The position numbers and the translations under genes are program-made. This document shows positions 11,168 to 21,480 of a stretch of 64,000 bases of DNA, piece after piece (within the stretch, counting starts at the first letter, position 1; the number at the start of each line of letters is the position of its first letter). The DNA lies in NCBI GenBank assembly GCA_039815375.1, contig JBCBZJ010000006.1, positions 67,873 to 131,872 of the forward strand, given 5' to 3'. The DNA comes from Verrucomicrobiota bacterium (GTDB lineage Bacteria; Verrucomicrobiota; Verrucomicrobiia; Opitutales; Coraliomargaritaceae). The notes under the pieces are model-generated. The model was not told the origin of the DNA. It searched no databases and saw only the letters and a program-made list of their open reading frames with translations.

Positions 11168-12709
11168 ATGTTTGATCTCATCTTCCGTAAAAACGGCAAT
11201 CGTGCCCATATTAAGGACGACTTGCTGTCCGGCCTGACTGTGGCACTTGCGCTCGTGCCTGAAGCAGTTGCCTTCGCCTTTGTAGCGGGTGTGGATCCTC
11301 TGGTGGGGCTCTATGCCGCTTTTATTGTCGGCTTGGTTACATCGATCGCCGGCGGTCGTCCGGGAATGATTTCCGGCGCAACGGGTGCGCTTGCGGTGGT
11401 TATCGTCGCCCTCGTTGCCACGCATGGCATCGAATATCTCTTTGCAACCGTGGTGCTTGCCGGGATATTGCAGATTCTGGCCGGGGTGCTTCGTCTTGGT
11501 AAATTCATCCGTCTTGTTCCACATCCTGTGATGTTCGGTTTTGTCAACGGTCTGGCCGTGGTGATTTTTCAATCGCAGTTGGGTCAATTCAAGGTGACCA
11601 ATGACGCAGGTGAGCTGGTTTGGATGCAGGGTAGCCAGCTCTACATTATGTTGGGTCTTGTCGTGTTGACTATGGCGATCATCCATTTTCTGCCAAAGCT
11701 CACAAAAGCCGTGCCTTCTGCACTTGTGGCGATCGTTGTAACGTCTCTTCTCGTTATTGGATTCGGTATCAATACACTTTCTGTTGGTGATATCGCCTCG
11801 GTAGGTGGCGGTTTGCCTGCTTTCAGTATCCCGGGAGTGCCGTTCAATTTCGACACACTTGGTGTGATTTTCCCATTCGCTTTAACTATGGCCGCGGTTG
11901 GATTGATTGAGTCACTGATGACGCTCTCTTTGATCGACGACTTGACTGAGACACGTGGGCGTGGAAATCGCGAATGTGTCGGGCAGGGCCTGGCAAACGT
12001 ATTGACAGGATTCTTTGGTGGTATGGGGGGCTGCGCTATGATTGGCCAGTCCATGATTAATATTCGCTCCGGTGGTCGTGGCCGGCTTTCCGGCATTTCC
12101 GCAGCGCTGTTTCTTCTTCTATTTATTCTCTTTATACCGGGTCTCATCGAAATGATCCCGATCGCGGCACTAGTCGGTGTCATGTTCATGGTTGTTATTG
12201 GCACCTTTGAATGGACCAGTTTTCGTATTCTGACCAAGATTCCGAAAATTGATGCCTTCGTGCTGATACTGGTTTCTTTGATTACGATCCTCCTGCACAA
12301 TTTGGCTCTTGCTGTCATAGCTGGTGTTGTTGTTTCAGCTTTGGCATACGCTTGGGAAAGCGCGACCCACTTGCGGGCTGAAGTCAGCAAAGACGAGGAG
12401 GGTGTAAAGCACTATGATCTCTTCGGTCCGCTTTTCTTTGGTTCCGTCAAATCCTTTCAGGACAACTTCACCCCGGCTAACGATCCGGCTGAGGTCGTTA
12501 TAGATTTCAGGAACTCCCGTGTCTGGGACCATTCCGGAATTGAAGCGATCAATACTCTAACTGAACGCTATCGGAAGTCGGGCACGGTGCTGCACATTCG
12601 TCACCTCAGCGCAGAGTGCCGCCAACTTTTGGACAAGGCGGGTAATATGATTGAAGTTAACATAGCAGAAGACCCGGTCTATCACGTGGCTGAAGACAAG
12701 CTCGGTTGA
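11168..12709 (+). CDS. SulP family anion transporter with STAS domain
   Basis: [45 protein letters not shown]. Confidence 0.95.
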   Translation: MFDLIFRKNGNRAHIKDDLLSGLTVALALVPEAVAFAFVAGVDPLVGLYAAFIVGLVTSIAGGRPGMISGATGALAVVIVALVATHGIEYLFATVVLAGILQILAGVLRLGKFIRLVPHPVMFGFVNGLAVVIFQSQLGQFKVTNDAGELVWMQGSQLYIMLGLVVLTMAIIHFLPKLTKAVPSALVAIVVTSLLVIGFGINTLSVGDIASVGGGLPAFSIPGVPFNFDTLGVIFPFALTMAAVGLIESLMTLSLIDDLTETRGRGNRECVGQGLANVLTGFFGGMGGCAMIGQSMINIRSGGRGRLSGISAALFLLLFILFIPGLIEMIPIAALVGVMFMVVIGTFEWTSFRILTKIPKIDAFVLILVSLITILLHNLALAVIAGVVVSALAYAWESATHLRAEVSKDEEGVKHYDLFGPLFFGSVKSFQDNFTPANDPAEVVIDFRNSRVWDHSGIEAINTLTERYRKSGTVLHIRHLSAECRQLLDKAGNMIEVNIAEDPVYHVAEDKLG

Positions 12710-13030
12710 CTCTTTAGTCCTTTTCTTTGCAGGCAACAGTCGCTTCGTTCAATTCCTTGAGACTTTTCATTAGGGCATCCATTGCTTCTTTGCGATTTCG
12801 TTTGCCCGATTCAGGTAAGGTGCGTGCTTTGACTTTCCAAAGCCACCATTGGAGTGGAGGCTTTGCTGAGATATTTTGGCAAGGTTATTTGCCGAACGAG
12901 TAGTCACGTTTTTCTCAGAGGGGTTTGGATAAACAGATTGCCGGAGCAGAATTGGCTCATGGATTAAGGCATCGGAAGTTAAGAGCGATTCTTTACCAGC
13001 AGCACGATACAAGATGTTTATGCGAAGCAC

Positions 13031-14482
13031 TCAATCGTAGCGACGACGCAAGTTCGTCGGCAAAATCCCAAGTTCCTCACGATACTTAGCGACAGTTCTC
13101 CGGGCAATTTTTATATCTTTTTCCTTTAACTGGTTAACGATATTCTGGTCAGAGAGCGGTTTGGCCGGATTTTCGTCTGAAATGATCTGCGCTATAATAT
13201 CCTTAATCGTCTTATTGGAGACCGATTCACCATTTGCTGCAGTAAAACCCGGTGTGAAGAAATACTTGAAAGGAAACACTCCATGAGGCGTGCGAACGTA
13301 CTTGTTGGCAATCGCCCGGGAAACGGTGGTTTCGTGCACCCCGACTGTCTGAGCGATCGTATTCATTGTCAGAGGGCGCAGTTTTGAAACGCCTTCGTCG
13401 AAGAACTCCTGTTGGACGGCTAGGATCTCGCGCGTAATGCGTTCAATGGTTTGCTGGCGCTGCTCGATCGAGTTGATGAGGAATTTACCTGAGCGCATCC
13501 GTTCGATCATAAAGTCCTTTTCTGTTTTAGAAAGAGTGCCCTTCGCGAGCATGTCTTTATATACTGAGCTTATGCGAAGGCGAGGGATGTAGTCGCTGTT
13601 GAGTATGATCTGCCAAGTATCGTAGTCATCCTTGTAAACGGTGACATCGGGTTCAATGACTGTGTTCGAGTCGGCACTGAATCGGCGCCCGGGAGCAGGT
13701 TCTAGCGTTCCGATTTCCTCGATAGCATCTTGTATGTCTTCGGTTGAAGCACCGGTTTTTCGCTTGAGGTCGGGCACACGTCGACGAACAAGGAGCTGGA
13801 AGTGGTTGTGTAGAATTCGGGAAGCGAGCGAGTTTCCTCGGCCACGAAGTTCAAGTTGTGTTGCGAGGCAGTCCTGTAAGTCTTTGGTCCCGATCCCCGA
13901 CGGATCAAACGTCTTAAGAAGTTCTGCGGCCTTCTGCACTGTGCCGTAGGGGAGCCGAGCCGTTAACGCAATATTGGAAACAGTCTCGGTAAGATAGCCC
14001 GAATCATCCAAACTGCCGATAAGGTAGAGTAGGGCTTCCCGCTCCAAGTCGGTGGTATCAGCGAGCTCGGCTTGCCCGATAAGGTGCTGTTGAAGGGAGA
14101 CGCTCTCGGTCAGAGAGTTCATAAAGTGCTCTCGACGTTCTTCGTCTTCCGAAGTGTAGGACTGTCCGGTGTTTTCCTGAGCAAACTGTTCACGCATGTC
14201 CTCGCTCATACGCTCCAGCACAGAGTAATCCTCTGCGTTGAAATCGAGCTCCTCCTTGGCTTCGCGTTCGTTCTCGTTGGTTTGCTCGCTGTTTTCTTCA
14301 ACCGATACAGAGCTCTCAATGGATAATTCTTCAAGGAGCGGATTGGCCTCCAGCTCTTCTAGGATAGACGTTCGCAATTCTACGGCGGGAGCTTGAAGAA
14401 TTTTTAGCGAATTCCGGAGTTGCGGCGCGAGGACGAGGCTCTGCGTCTGCTTCTGGACCTGTTGGAATCCTTGCGTGGCCAT
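13031..14482 (-). CDS. rpoN: RNA polymerase sigma-54 factor
   Basis: Gln/Leu-rich region [18 protein letters not shown], RpoN box [10 protein letters not shown]. Start moved to ATG 14482. Confidence 0.97.
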   Translation of the reverse strand: MATQGFQQVQKQTQSLVLAPQLRNSLKILQAPAVELRTSILEELEANPLLEELSIESSVSVEENSEQTNENEREAKEELDFNAEDYSVLERMSEDMREQFAQENTGQSYTSEDEERREHFMNSLTESVSLQQHLIGQAELADTTDLEREALLYLIGSLDDSGYLTETVSNIALTARLPYGTVQKAAELLKTFDPSGIGTKDLQDCLATQLELRGRGNSLASRILHNHFQLLVRRRVPDLKRKTGASTEDIQDAIEEIGTLEPAPGRRFSADSNTVIEPDVTVYKDDYDTWQIILNSDYIPRLRISSVYKDMLAKGTLSKTEKDFMIERMRSGKFLINSIEQRQQTIERITREILAVQQEFFDEGVSKLRPLTMNTIAQTVGVHETTVSRAIANKYVRTPHGVFPFKYFFTPGFTAANGESVSNKTIKDIIAQIISDENPAKPLSDQNIVNQLKEKDIKIARRTVAKYREELGILPTNLRRRYD

Positions 14483-14502
14483 GGCATAAGGGCGCGAACC
14501 GC

Positions 14503-15495
14503 CTAGGCGCGCGCCTCTTGTTTGATTCCGGGAGTGCTGCCTCGAGTCCACCGCTCAGCAGCTTCAGGACCTTCATCGCCAAAAAGGTCTTTTACATATG
14601 CAGCAAGTTTTTCATTGGTCGGGCCGTAACCCTCGCTGTAGAGATACATTTCCAATGCAGTCAGCATCTCTTGTGCGCTTTGGTAACGTTTGTCCCGATC
14701 TCGAGTGAGGCCAAGCCGGAGAATGTCATCAAGACGGGAGTCGATATCAGTCCGTATCTCTACGAAATTAGGTATGTCGAGTTCGAGTATATTCCTACGA
14801 GTGTTTTCCTCTGTATCGGCTTCAAAAATATTTTCACCAAGCAACATCTCGGACAATACAATGCCGCACGAAAAAAGGTCGGCCCGATCATCGGTGATTT
14901 CACGACGTGCTTGTTCCGGTGAGAGATAGGCATCCTTTCCTGCAATAACCTCACCTTCATCGTTATACATAAGGTCGATGGCTTTCGCGATACCGAAGTC
15001 GGTGAGCTTAACATCTCCTTCTCTGGCAATCATGATATTGCGTGGGTTGACATCCCGGTGGACGATACCGAGATTTCGACCGGTTGCGTCGCACCGCTGA
15101 TGGGCATGATTCAGTCCGCGGCAGATTCTAGAAATAATAAAACCCGCAATGTCTGTCGGAATGAGTTGTTGGGTGCGGGTATGATGCAGGATGAAGTCTT
15201 CCAGAGTAATGCCGTCGACGTATTCCATGGTCATGAAGTACTGTCCGCTTATTTCGCCGAGATGATACGTCTGCACAATGTTCGTGTGGATCAGATCGGC
15301 AACCAGGCGTGCTTCACCGATGAAGTTGTTTCTGAACTCTTCGATCTTTGAATATTCCTCTCGAATGAGCTTAATCGCGACTCGTTTTTCGAAGTGACCT
15401 GCACCTTTTTGCTGAGCTTCATAAACGACTCCCATTCCGCCCTCGGCAATGGTCCGGACGATTGCTAAATGTAAATCATCGAAGATGTGTTTCAT
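14503..15495 (-). CDS. Hanks-type Ser/Thr protein kinase (catalytic domain only)
   Basis: [37 protein letters not shown]; no TM or sensor domain. Confidence 0.93.
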   Translation of the reverse strand: MKHIFDDLHLAIVRTIAEGGMGVVYEAQQKGAGHFEKRVAIKLIREEYSKIEEFRNNFIGEARLVADLIHTNIVQTYHLGEISGQYFMTMEYVDGITLEDFILHHTRTQQLIPTDIAGFIISRICRGLNHAHQRCDATGRNLGIVHRDVNPRNIMIAREGDVKLTDFGIAKAIDLMYNDEGEVIAGKDAYLSPEQARREITDDRADLFSCGIVLSEMLLGENIFEADTEENTRRNILELDIPNFVEIRTDIDSRLDDILRLGLTRDRDKRYQSAQEMLTALEMYLYSEGYGPTNEKLAAYVKDLFGDEGPEAAERWTRGSTPGIKQEARA

Positions 15496-15637
15496 CTTTT
15501 GCACAATTTGATTAAAGCTTTCAGATCAAATTTCGCAAGAGGATTTGTAAAACTAGCATGGAAATTGCTGTCGCCTTAGAATGGCATGCTTAAAGCAGCT
15601 GGTTGACACGCTGCAAATAAGGAATTTGCTTTGGTGA

Positions 15638-15955
15638 ATGATCAGTTTAACCGACAGTGCCGTAGGTCAGATTCAAGCTCTTCATGCGGAGAAAGCCAGC
15701 GATGGGCAATTGCTCCGTATTTTTGTGGAGGCGGGAGGATGCTCAGGATTCGAGTATGGTATGTCTTTTGATCACAAGAAAGACGAAGACGAAGTTCTGC
15801 AGAATAATGGTGTCGAATTTCTTGTAGATGCGACTAGTTTTGAGTATCTTGATGGGAGTGAAGTCGATTTCGACGACGGCCTCAGTGGCAAGGGCTTCGA
15901 AGTGCGGAATCCAAATGCCAGTAGCACCTGCGGTTGCGGCCGTTCTTTCAACTAG
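15638..15955 (+). CDS. erpA: Fe-S cluster A-type carrier (ErpA/IscA/HesB)
   Basis: GGCSGFEY and NPNASSTCGCGRSF. Confidence 0.9.
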   Translation: MISLTDSAVGQIQALHAEKASDGQLLRIFVEAGGCSGFEYGMSFDHKKDEDEVLQNNGVEFLVDATSFEYLDGSEVDFDDGLSGKGFEVRNPNASSTCGCGRSFN

Positions 15956-16008
15956 CACTCTTTTTTATCTGGAATATTAAATCTAACGAGATTCTCACTG
16001 CTTTTTCT

Positions 16009-16431
16009 ATGCGCCCTCTTATTGTTTTTTCGCTGATTGCGTTGTTGGTTGTCCAGCAAGGCATGAACGGCCTTCCCGGATCGTGTGCAGCGAATGCGAT
16101 GACATGCCTGCCACCGATTGAATCGTCGGAGGGGAGCTGTTCCGGTTGTCCATGTCACAGTGCAGGAGAGGCCGAAGAAGATAGGCTTCCGATGGCGGAG
16201 GCAGATACGAAAAATTTACCATGTTCAGGTTGCCAAATCGACACGCACGAAGATGCCGAAGTCTATTCCTCGGTGGTTTCGTGGCACTTGCCGATGGCAT
16301 TTCTGGGGCATCGATCGGTCGAAATTTTACCTGCGGCAGATAGGTTCATCTCATCCGCAAATACGAAAAATGAGACCCCGTTCCCGTCTAGGCAGGATCG
16401 AAGTAGGCAGTTTAGCGTCTGGTTATTGTGA
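16009..16431 (+). CDS. Cys-rich exported small protein, possible metal-sensing leader
   Basis: Hydrophobic N-terminus, CSGCPCH and CSGC motifs, C-terminal PFPS...SVWLL. Confidence 0.55.
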   Translation: MRPLIVFSLIALLVVQQGMNGLPGSCAANAMTCLPPIESSEGSCSGCPCHSAGEAEEDRLPMAEADTKNLPCSGCQIDTHEDAEVYSSVVSWHLPMAFLGHRSVEILPAADRFISSANTKNETPFPSRQDRSRQFSVWLL

Positions 16432-16544
16432 CTGGGTTGCGGGTGACTCCGCAAAGTCCAGAGCACGGCTGTTTTTAGCCGGCCATGCTGAGTATCTGGA
16501 CGCCTTCACAGAAAAAAGCCGGCTATAAATGCTATCTGCTAGAC

Positions 16545-16964
16545 ATGAATTTTAAACGAATTTTATTTATTATAACTGCAAGTGCGACCGCTGCGTTGCT
16601 CAATGCTCAAAATATCCAAAATCAATCCAACAATGAGTCTCGCTTAGTTGCTGCAAGCGAGATTTTGAAGCCCGGTGCGAATGAAATCGCCATTTTCACC
16701 AGAGGTGCGATTTGTGGCTCTTGTGGTGTTGGTATCCGTATCCAACTTTCCAAGTTGGATGGTGTGGATAAGAAAAAATACAAGAAGGGCATTCTGCTTG
16801 ATGCTGAGAACCAACTAACAGTTCTCGCTTTTGAGGAGGGTGTTGAGCCAGATCTCAACAAGATCTTCCAAGCCATCTATGATGCGGGCTATGATCCGAT
16901 GAACTACTATCAACATACCGGTCAAACCGTTGAGTTGATTGACTACACATTCACGGAGAAGTAA
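16545..16964 (+). CDS. Periplasmic heavy-metal-associated (HMA-like) domain protein
   Basis: Signal peptide; GAICGSC...LSKLDGV...AIYDAGY HMA pattern. Confidence 0.75.
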   Translation: MNFKRILFIITASATAALLNAQNIQNQSNNESRLVAASEILKPGANEIAIFTRGAICGSCGVGIRIQLSKLDGVDKKKYKKGILLDAENQLTVLAFEEGVEPDLNKIFQAIYDAGYDPMNYYQHTGQTVELIDYTFTEK

Positions 16965-16967
16965 GTC

Positions 16968-17789
16968 ATGTTCAGGAATTTTCCTTCTCTTGCCGTGGGC
17001 CTGGTGCTCACGGCAAATTCTGCTGTTTTTGCAGACCAACCAATTATGAATATGATGCCGCGTTGGGACGGTGGTTATGGCTTCCAAATACGGACGGACC
17101 ATATTCATCGAAGTGACTTGAAGCTGGGCAGCGATGTGGTCGGTTCAGGTTTCACTGAAGATATTACTCAACTTCATTTTGAGGCAGTTTATACGTGGGA
17201 TCGTTCGATTCGAATTACAGCGAAACTGCCTTATGTGGTCGATGCGCGGCGCGAAGTGCTTGGGCCAGGTAACTCTAAAGTCGTTCAACGGGACGAAGGT
17301 ATTGGCGATCTCACACTTGCCTTGCCATTGAAGAAATACTTCAACCTCGATGGGCGAAGCGGGAACTGGTCCGCCACACCTCAATTGCGGATCCCCCTTG
17401 GCGAGGAGGATGACGAATTTGAAGTCTGGGACGGAGTTTGGGGTGCAGGGCTTTCGCTGAGCTATGAGACAGAAACGGTCGATTGGTTTTTGTCGATGGG
17501 TGCCAGCTATTGGATCTTTGAAGATACCGAGCCGGTAGAATGGAGCGTCTCGATTGATTTAGGCAGAAACCACATGGACCGCATGCAGTTTCTGGTTGAA
17601 ACCGATATGAATTGGGATGAAGAGGGGAAGTTCTTCTTCTCGACCGGGCCCGCGTATTACTACCGTTTCAATGACAATACCCATTTCCGTGCCGAGTGGA
17701 AACACGACCTGGTCTCTGAGGTTAGCGATAAAAACCCGGACCATGGCAATGGCGACCGCTTTGGCCTGGGGGTCGGCTTTGTTTTCTAA
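16968..17789 (+). CDS. Outer-membrane beta-barrel (MetA-pathway/'transporter'-like family)
   Basis: Signal peptide, GIGDLTL motif, amphipathic strands, terminal GVGFVF; Met-rich N-terminus (IMNMMP). Confidence 0.7.
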   Translation: MFRNFPSLAVGLVLTANSAVFADQPIMNMMPRWDGGYGFQIRTDHIHRSDLKLGSDVVGSGFTEDITQLHFEAVYTWDRSIRITAKLPYVVDARREVLGPGNSKVVQRDEGIGDLTLALPLKKYFNLDGRSGNWSATPQLRIPLGEEDDEFEVWDGVWGAGLSLSYETETVDWFLSMGASYWIFEDTEPVEWSVSIDLGRNHMDRMQFLVETDMNWDEEGKFFFSTGPAYYYRFNDNTHFRAEWKHDLVSEVSDKNPDHGNGDRFGLGVGFVF

Positions 17790-19078
17790 ACTCGTTCCAA
17801 TAAGAACGCGCCTGCACCGTCGTGGCCGGTTTCCCAAGGGCGACTGGTCACGGCACCTACTTTCTTGAACTCTACTCCCGCTTCAGATGATAGGAATTGC
17901 TCAACAACCTTCTCATTTTCCTGAGTTTCGATGCTGCAAGTGCTATAGACGAGGCGGGCTCCGGCCTTTACGAATTTCGATGCCTTCGTCAGGAGTTCGA
18001 GCTGCAATGCCGCACATTGTTTGATGTCCCTCTCGTTTAAGCGCCATTTGACATCAGTTCGCCGCTGAATGACTCCGGTGTTCGAGCAGGGGGCGTCGAG
18101 CATCACACAATCATAGCTGCCCGGAAGATTGTTTTCTGTGAAGATGCTTTCTTCGAGCTCACGCACATCGTGTTCGAGCAGGCCGGGTTTTAGGCCCTTT
18201 TGTTCTAAGTTCTTCAGGTTTTCACGCAGGTGGTTGATGCGGTTGCCGGGTAGATCCACTGCAACGATCCGTCCTTTCCGCTTCATCAGATGGGCAAGAT
18301 CATATGCTTTGCCTCCGGGTGCTGCACAGAGGTCGAGCACATTGTCGCCCGGGTTCGGGGCGAGTATCTCTGGTGCGAGCCGCGTCGATGGATCCTTAAT
18401 GTAAGCTGTCCCTTGGTTCAGTAGTGGCTCGATTTCGGCCTTCCAATCGGCGGTTGGCAGGATCCTGTAGAAGTTCTTCCATTCCGTAGCCTGAAGTGAT
18501 GTCGGGATGATGTCTGGTTCCTGATAGAGTTTGATGTATTTTTCAGGGATTCGTTGGTTCCAGTTAAGCAGGGCGGCCGTATTCTCGTGCCCGAATTCCA
18601 TTGTCCATCGTTTAACCAGCCAATTTGGATGGCTGTGGTAATCGGCAGGGTTGGATTCTACTGAAATCGCAGAGAGTGCATTTGGAAGCTTGCGAAGAAC
18701 GGCGTTGAGAAAGCCCTGTTCAAATCGATTCACCAGCCGCTTACTTCGTTCGACGGCATGGTGGACTATTTTGGGGTGTCGTTCCGGCGGTTCAGACAGG
18801 AACTCATAACTGGCGACTAGAAGTATGGCTTCGACCAAGGGCCGCGCAGGCTTACGAAGCATTGGGCTGAAGGCAGCTCTGGCGCGGTGGCCATGCCGCA
18901 GGGCCCCTAGAAAGAGGGATTGGCAGCCCGCGCGACGCTCACCTATAAAATCTTCCGGTAATTGGCCGAGGACTTGGTCCGCCTTTGCCCCAGCTGAAAG
19001 ATAGGTCTCCATCAGTATGGCAGCAGCATCCCAGCCCGTGATCTGCTTTTTCGATAAGCTAAACTTAATACTTCTCAT
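17786..19078 (-). CDS. rsmB: RsmB/NOP-family 16S rRNA m5C methyltransferase with NusB-like domain
   Basis: DLCAAPGGK, DAPCSNTG, YSTCS, ENE; N-terminal FLNAVLR. Confidence 0.88.
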   Translation of the reverse strand: MRSIKFSLSKKQITGWDAAAILMETYLSAGAKADQVLGQLPEDFIGERRAGCQSLFLGALRHGHRARAAFSPMLRKPARPLVEAILLVASYEFLSEPPERHPKIVHHAVERSKRLVNRFEQGFLNAVLRKLPNALSAISVESNPADYHSHPNWLVKRWTMEFGHENTAALLNWNQRIPEKYIKLYQEPDIIPTSLQATEWKNFYRILPTADWKAEIEPLLNQGTAYIKDPSTRLAPEILAPNPGDNVLDLCAAPGGKAYDLAHLMKRKGRIVAVDLPGNRINHLRENLKNLEQKGLKPGLLEHDVRELEESIFTENNLPGSYDCVMLDAPCSNTGVIQRRTDVKWRLNERDIKQCAALQLELLTKASKFVKAGARLVYSTCSIETQENEKVVEQFLSSEAGVEFKKVGAVTSRPWETGHDGAGAFLLERV

Positions 19079-19132
19079 CGTCTCTGAAACTGTCCATATT
19101 GGATTGTTTACGAAACAAACAAGCAATCAATT

Positions 19133-20992
19133 ATGAACTCAGCGGCTATAGACGCACTCATTGAAAAGAACCCCAAGCTCATTCCGCATCGCGCGAAGCT
19201 CGAAGTGATGGTGCCCGGAAACTACTGCCTGCACCGTGCATGGGGCTTTGGCAAAATTATCGACTACAAGGAAGCAGAAGATCGCCTGATCATCGACTTT
19301 GAAGAGGGCAAGGAAGGCCATGCCATGGCACCTGCATTCTGTGTGGATAAGCTCGATATCCTCAAGCCGGAGGACATCCTGGTTCGCTCCCGCACGGAGC
19401 CAGACATCATCAACGAAATGATCAAGAAGCAGCCAGCCGATTTGATCTGCGAAATCATCAGTGCGACTGACGATAAAGCGATGACTACTTCTGAGCTTGA
19501 GCGTGTGCTCGCTCGAGTGATCGGGCCAATCAAATACAAGAAATGGTGGACTGCGACGAAGAAGCTTCTGGTCAAAGACCCTCGTATCGGTGTTCCAATT
19601 AAGAAGACCGACCCTTACATTTATCGTGACGAGCCGGTTAAGCCCGAAGACGAAATCCTTGAACAATTTCACGGAACGAAGAATTCGAAGCAAAAGATCG
19701 AGCTTGGAGAAAAACTTTACGCGCTCTCCGAGAACATTTCTGTCATCCGTGAAGAGCTTCCGGAGATTCTGGCCGAGCTCACCGACGCGATCGCCAATGC
19801 AAAGAGCCTCAGTCAAGCCGATCGTCTTCACGGTGTTTGGGTGCGTAACAATCTCGCACGCGACCTCCATGAGGATGTCGAAGCACTCGAGCCGTCCTCT
19901 GCTTCGATTCTCGATGCGACCAATGACTATTCCGAGCTCGCAGATGATCTTCCTGCGCAATACTACAAGCGCTATCTCGATCTTATCAGCCGCACTTATC
20001 CGGACAAGTGGAGGCAGATGGTTGAAGATTTGCTTCGCAACTCAAGCGGCAAGTTTACCAGCGAGTGCATTAATTTCATGCTCGAAAATGAGATGCAGGA
20101 GCGCATCAGCTACTGCCTTGAGCGCTGGCTCAATGAGCAAACGATCAAGGGCCCGCTTCTTTTCTGGGTGGTAAAGAATCGTGCTTCGAAGAAGTATGCC
20201 TCCATCATTACTCCTTTGATTACACCGCGTCTGCTCTCAGCAATGTTCTACGCGATCGACTATGAAGCACTTCAAAATGCAAGCGCTCGTCGAATTCCAC
20301 TGGCTGACCTACTGAGCGACGATGTTGAATTGATTCCTGACCTATTGGTTGAGGCAAACGTAGAGACTGCACGCGATCTCGCACAAACGCTACTTCTTAA
20401 CCAAGGCTTCGAGGACCTGACGAAAAAGTCACTTCTCGCGCGCTTCATTAAACAATTTCCTACTGTGCAAAGCTTGCTCGATGGCGAAGCGGCCGAAGCT
20501 GCCGAGGCAGAAGGACTCATCGTTTCGCAAGGAAGCTTCGATACGGCCAAAGCCGAATATGAGGAACTCATTTCCAAGAAAATCCCTGAAAATAAGGAAG
20601 CTATTGCGATTGCCCGTGAACACGGCGACCTTAAGGAGAACTCGGAATACAAAATGGCTCGTCAAGACCAGGACATTCTTCTCTCCCGAAAGAACGAGCT
20701 TGAGGTGGACCTTTCCCGTGCCCGCGTGACTGATTTTACCGATGTGACCAAAGAAAACGTTGGTATCGGCAGTGTCGTCGAGCTTAAGGAAGGTTCTTCC
20801 GGTAAAACTCGCTGCTACTCGATACTTGGTGCATGGGATAGTGATCCGGAAAACGATATTCTTTCCTACAAGACGCCGCTCGCTCAAGGATTACTTGGCA
20901 AAGAGAATGGTGCAACCGTTACGACCAGCATTGGTGGCAACGACGAAGAATGGACTATTCTCAGTATCGCTCGCTGGGTGGATAAAAAATAG
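19133..20992 (+). CDS. greA: Transcription elongation factor GreA with long N-terminal extension (PVC type)
   Basis: C-terminal AREHGDLKENSEY and SYKTPLAQGLLG; ~460-aa N-terminal extension. Confidence 0.9.
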   Translation: MNSAAIDALIEKNPKLIPHRAKLEVMVPGNYCLHRAWGFGKIIDYKEAEDRLIIDFEEGKEGHAMAPAFCVDKLDILKPEDILVRSRTEPDIINEMIKKQPADLICEIISATDDKAMTTSELERVLARVIGPIKYKKWWTATKKLLVKDPRIGVPIKKTDPYIYRDEPVKPEDEILEQFHGTKNSKQKIELGEKLYALSENISVIREELPEILAELTDAIANAKSLSQADRLHGVWVRNNLARDLHEDVEALEPSSASILDATNDYSELADDLPAQYYKRYLDLISRTYPDKWRQMVEDLLRNSSGKFTSECINFMLENEMQERISYCLERWLNEQTIKGPLLFWVVKNRASKKYASIITPLITPRLLSAMFYAIDYEALQNASARRIPLADLLSDDVELIPDLLVEANVETARDLAQTLLLNQGFEDLTKKSLLARFIKQFPTVQSLLDGEAAEAAEAEGLIVSQGSFDTAKAEYEELISKKIPENKEAIAIAREHGDLKENSEYKMARQDQDILLSRKNELEVDLSRARVTDFTDVTKENVGIGSVVELKEGSSGKTRCYSILGAWDSDPENDILSYKTPLAQGLLGKENGATVTTSIGGNDEEWTILSIARWVDKK

Positions 20993-21014
20993 TCCCCCTG
21001 CAGGAACCACTTGC

Positions 21015-21045
21015 AAAAGGCGCTCCGGTAAAGGAGCGCCTTTTT
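21015..21045. terminator. Bidirectional intrinsic terminator
   Basis: AAAAGGCGCTCC-GGTAAA-GGAGCGCCTTTTT between convergent genes. Confidence 0.85.
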
Positions 21046-21068
21046 GATGCAACCAGTGAACGAATGAC

Positions 21069-21356
21069 TTAATTCTCGTCGTCGTGAATGCCCAACTTCT
21101 GGCGAACCTCAGGAAACTCGCTAAGTTCGGCTAGGAATTCGTTCACATCAAAATCGGCTACCATGAAATCCTCGAATTCAAAAGTTGGCGTTTTGGTTTG
21201 GCCACTCAAGGCAACCATCGCGTCCATGTCTTTCGGGTTCGCGTTGACGTCTTTGACATCCAGCTCAACTCCATTCGAGTTGAAAAAAGAAAGTGCTTCG
21301 CGACACCAGGGACAGCCTGATTTGATATATAGAATGGGTAGACTTGCTTTGCTCAT
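21069..21356 (-). CDS. Glutaredoxin-like protein
   Basis: CPWC active site; SGQTKTP. Confidence 0.88.
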   Translation of the reverse strand: MSKASLPILYIKSGCPWCREALSFFNSNGVELDVKDVNANPKDMDAMVALSGQTKTPTFEFEDFMVADFDVNEFLAELSEFPEVRQKLGIHDDEN

Positions 21357-21480
21357 AACTTATTTAAAATGGTATCACTGCAAATTTCTGTGACAACCAA
21401 TTTTCGCCTTTGCTTAAACTTTATTCTGCAGGGACTTGCGATCTTTCTGCTTTATCTATATAAGGCTCACTTCCGTATTT

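Noticed and set aside
12770..13030. 86-aa ORF downstream of rpoN
   Set aside because: No motif or convincing start; other frames give only short peptides.
15553..15597. Sigma54-like elements upstream of erpA
   Set aside because: Each candidate misses one conserved half (TAGCAT..TTGCT; TGGCAT..AAGCA), and a TTGACA box at 15603 offers a simpler explanation.
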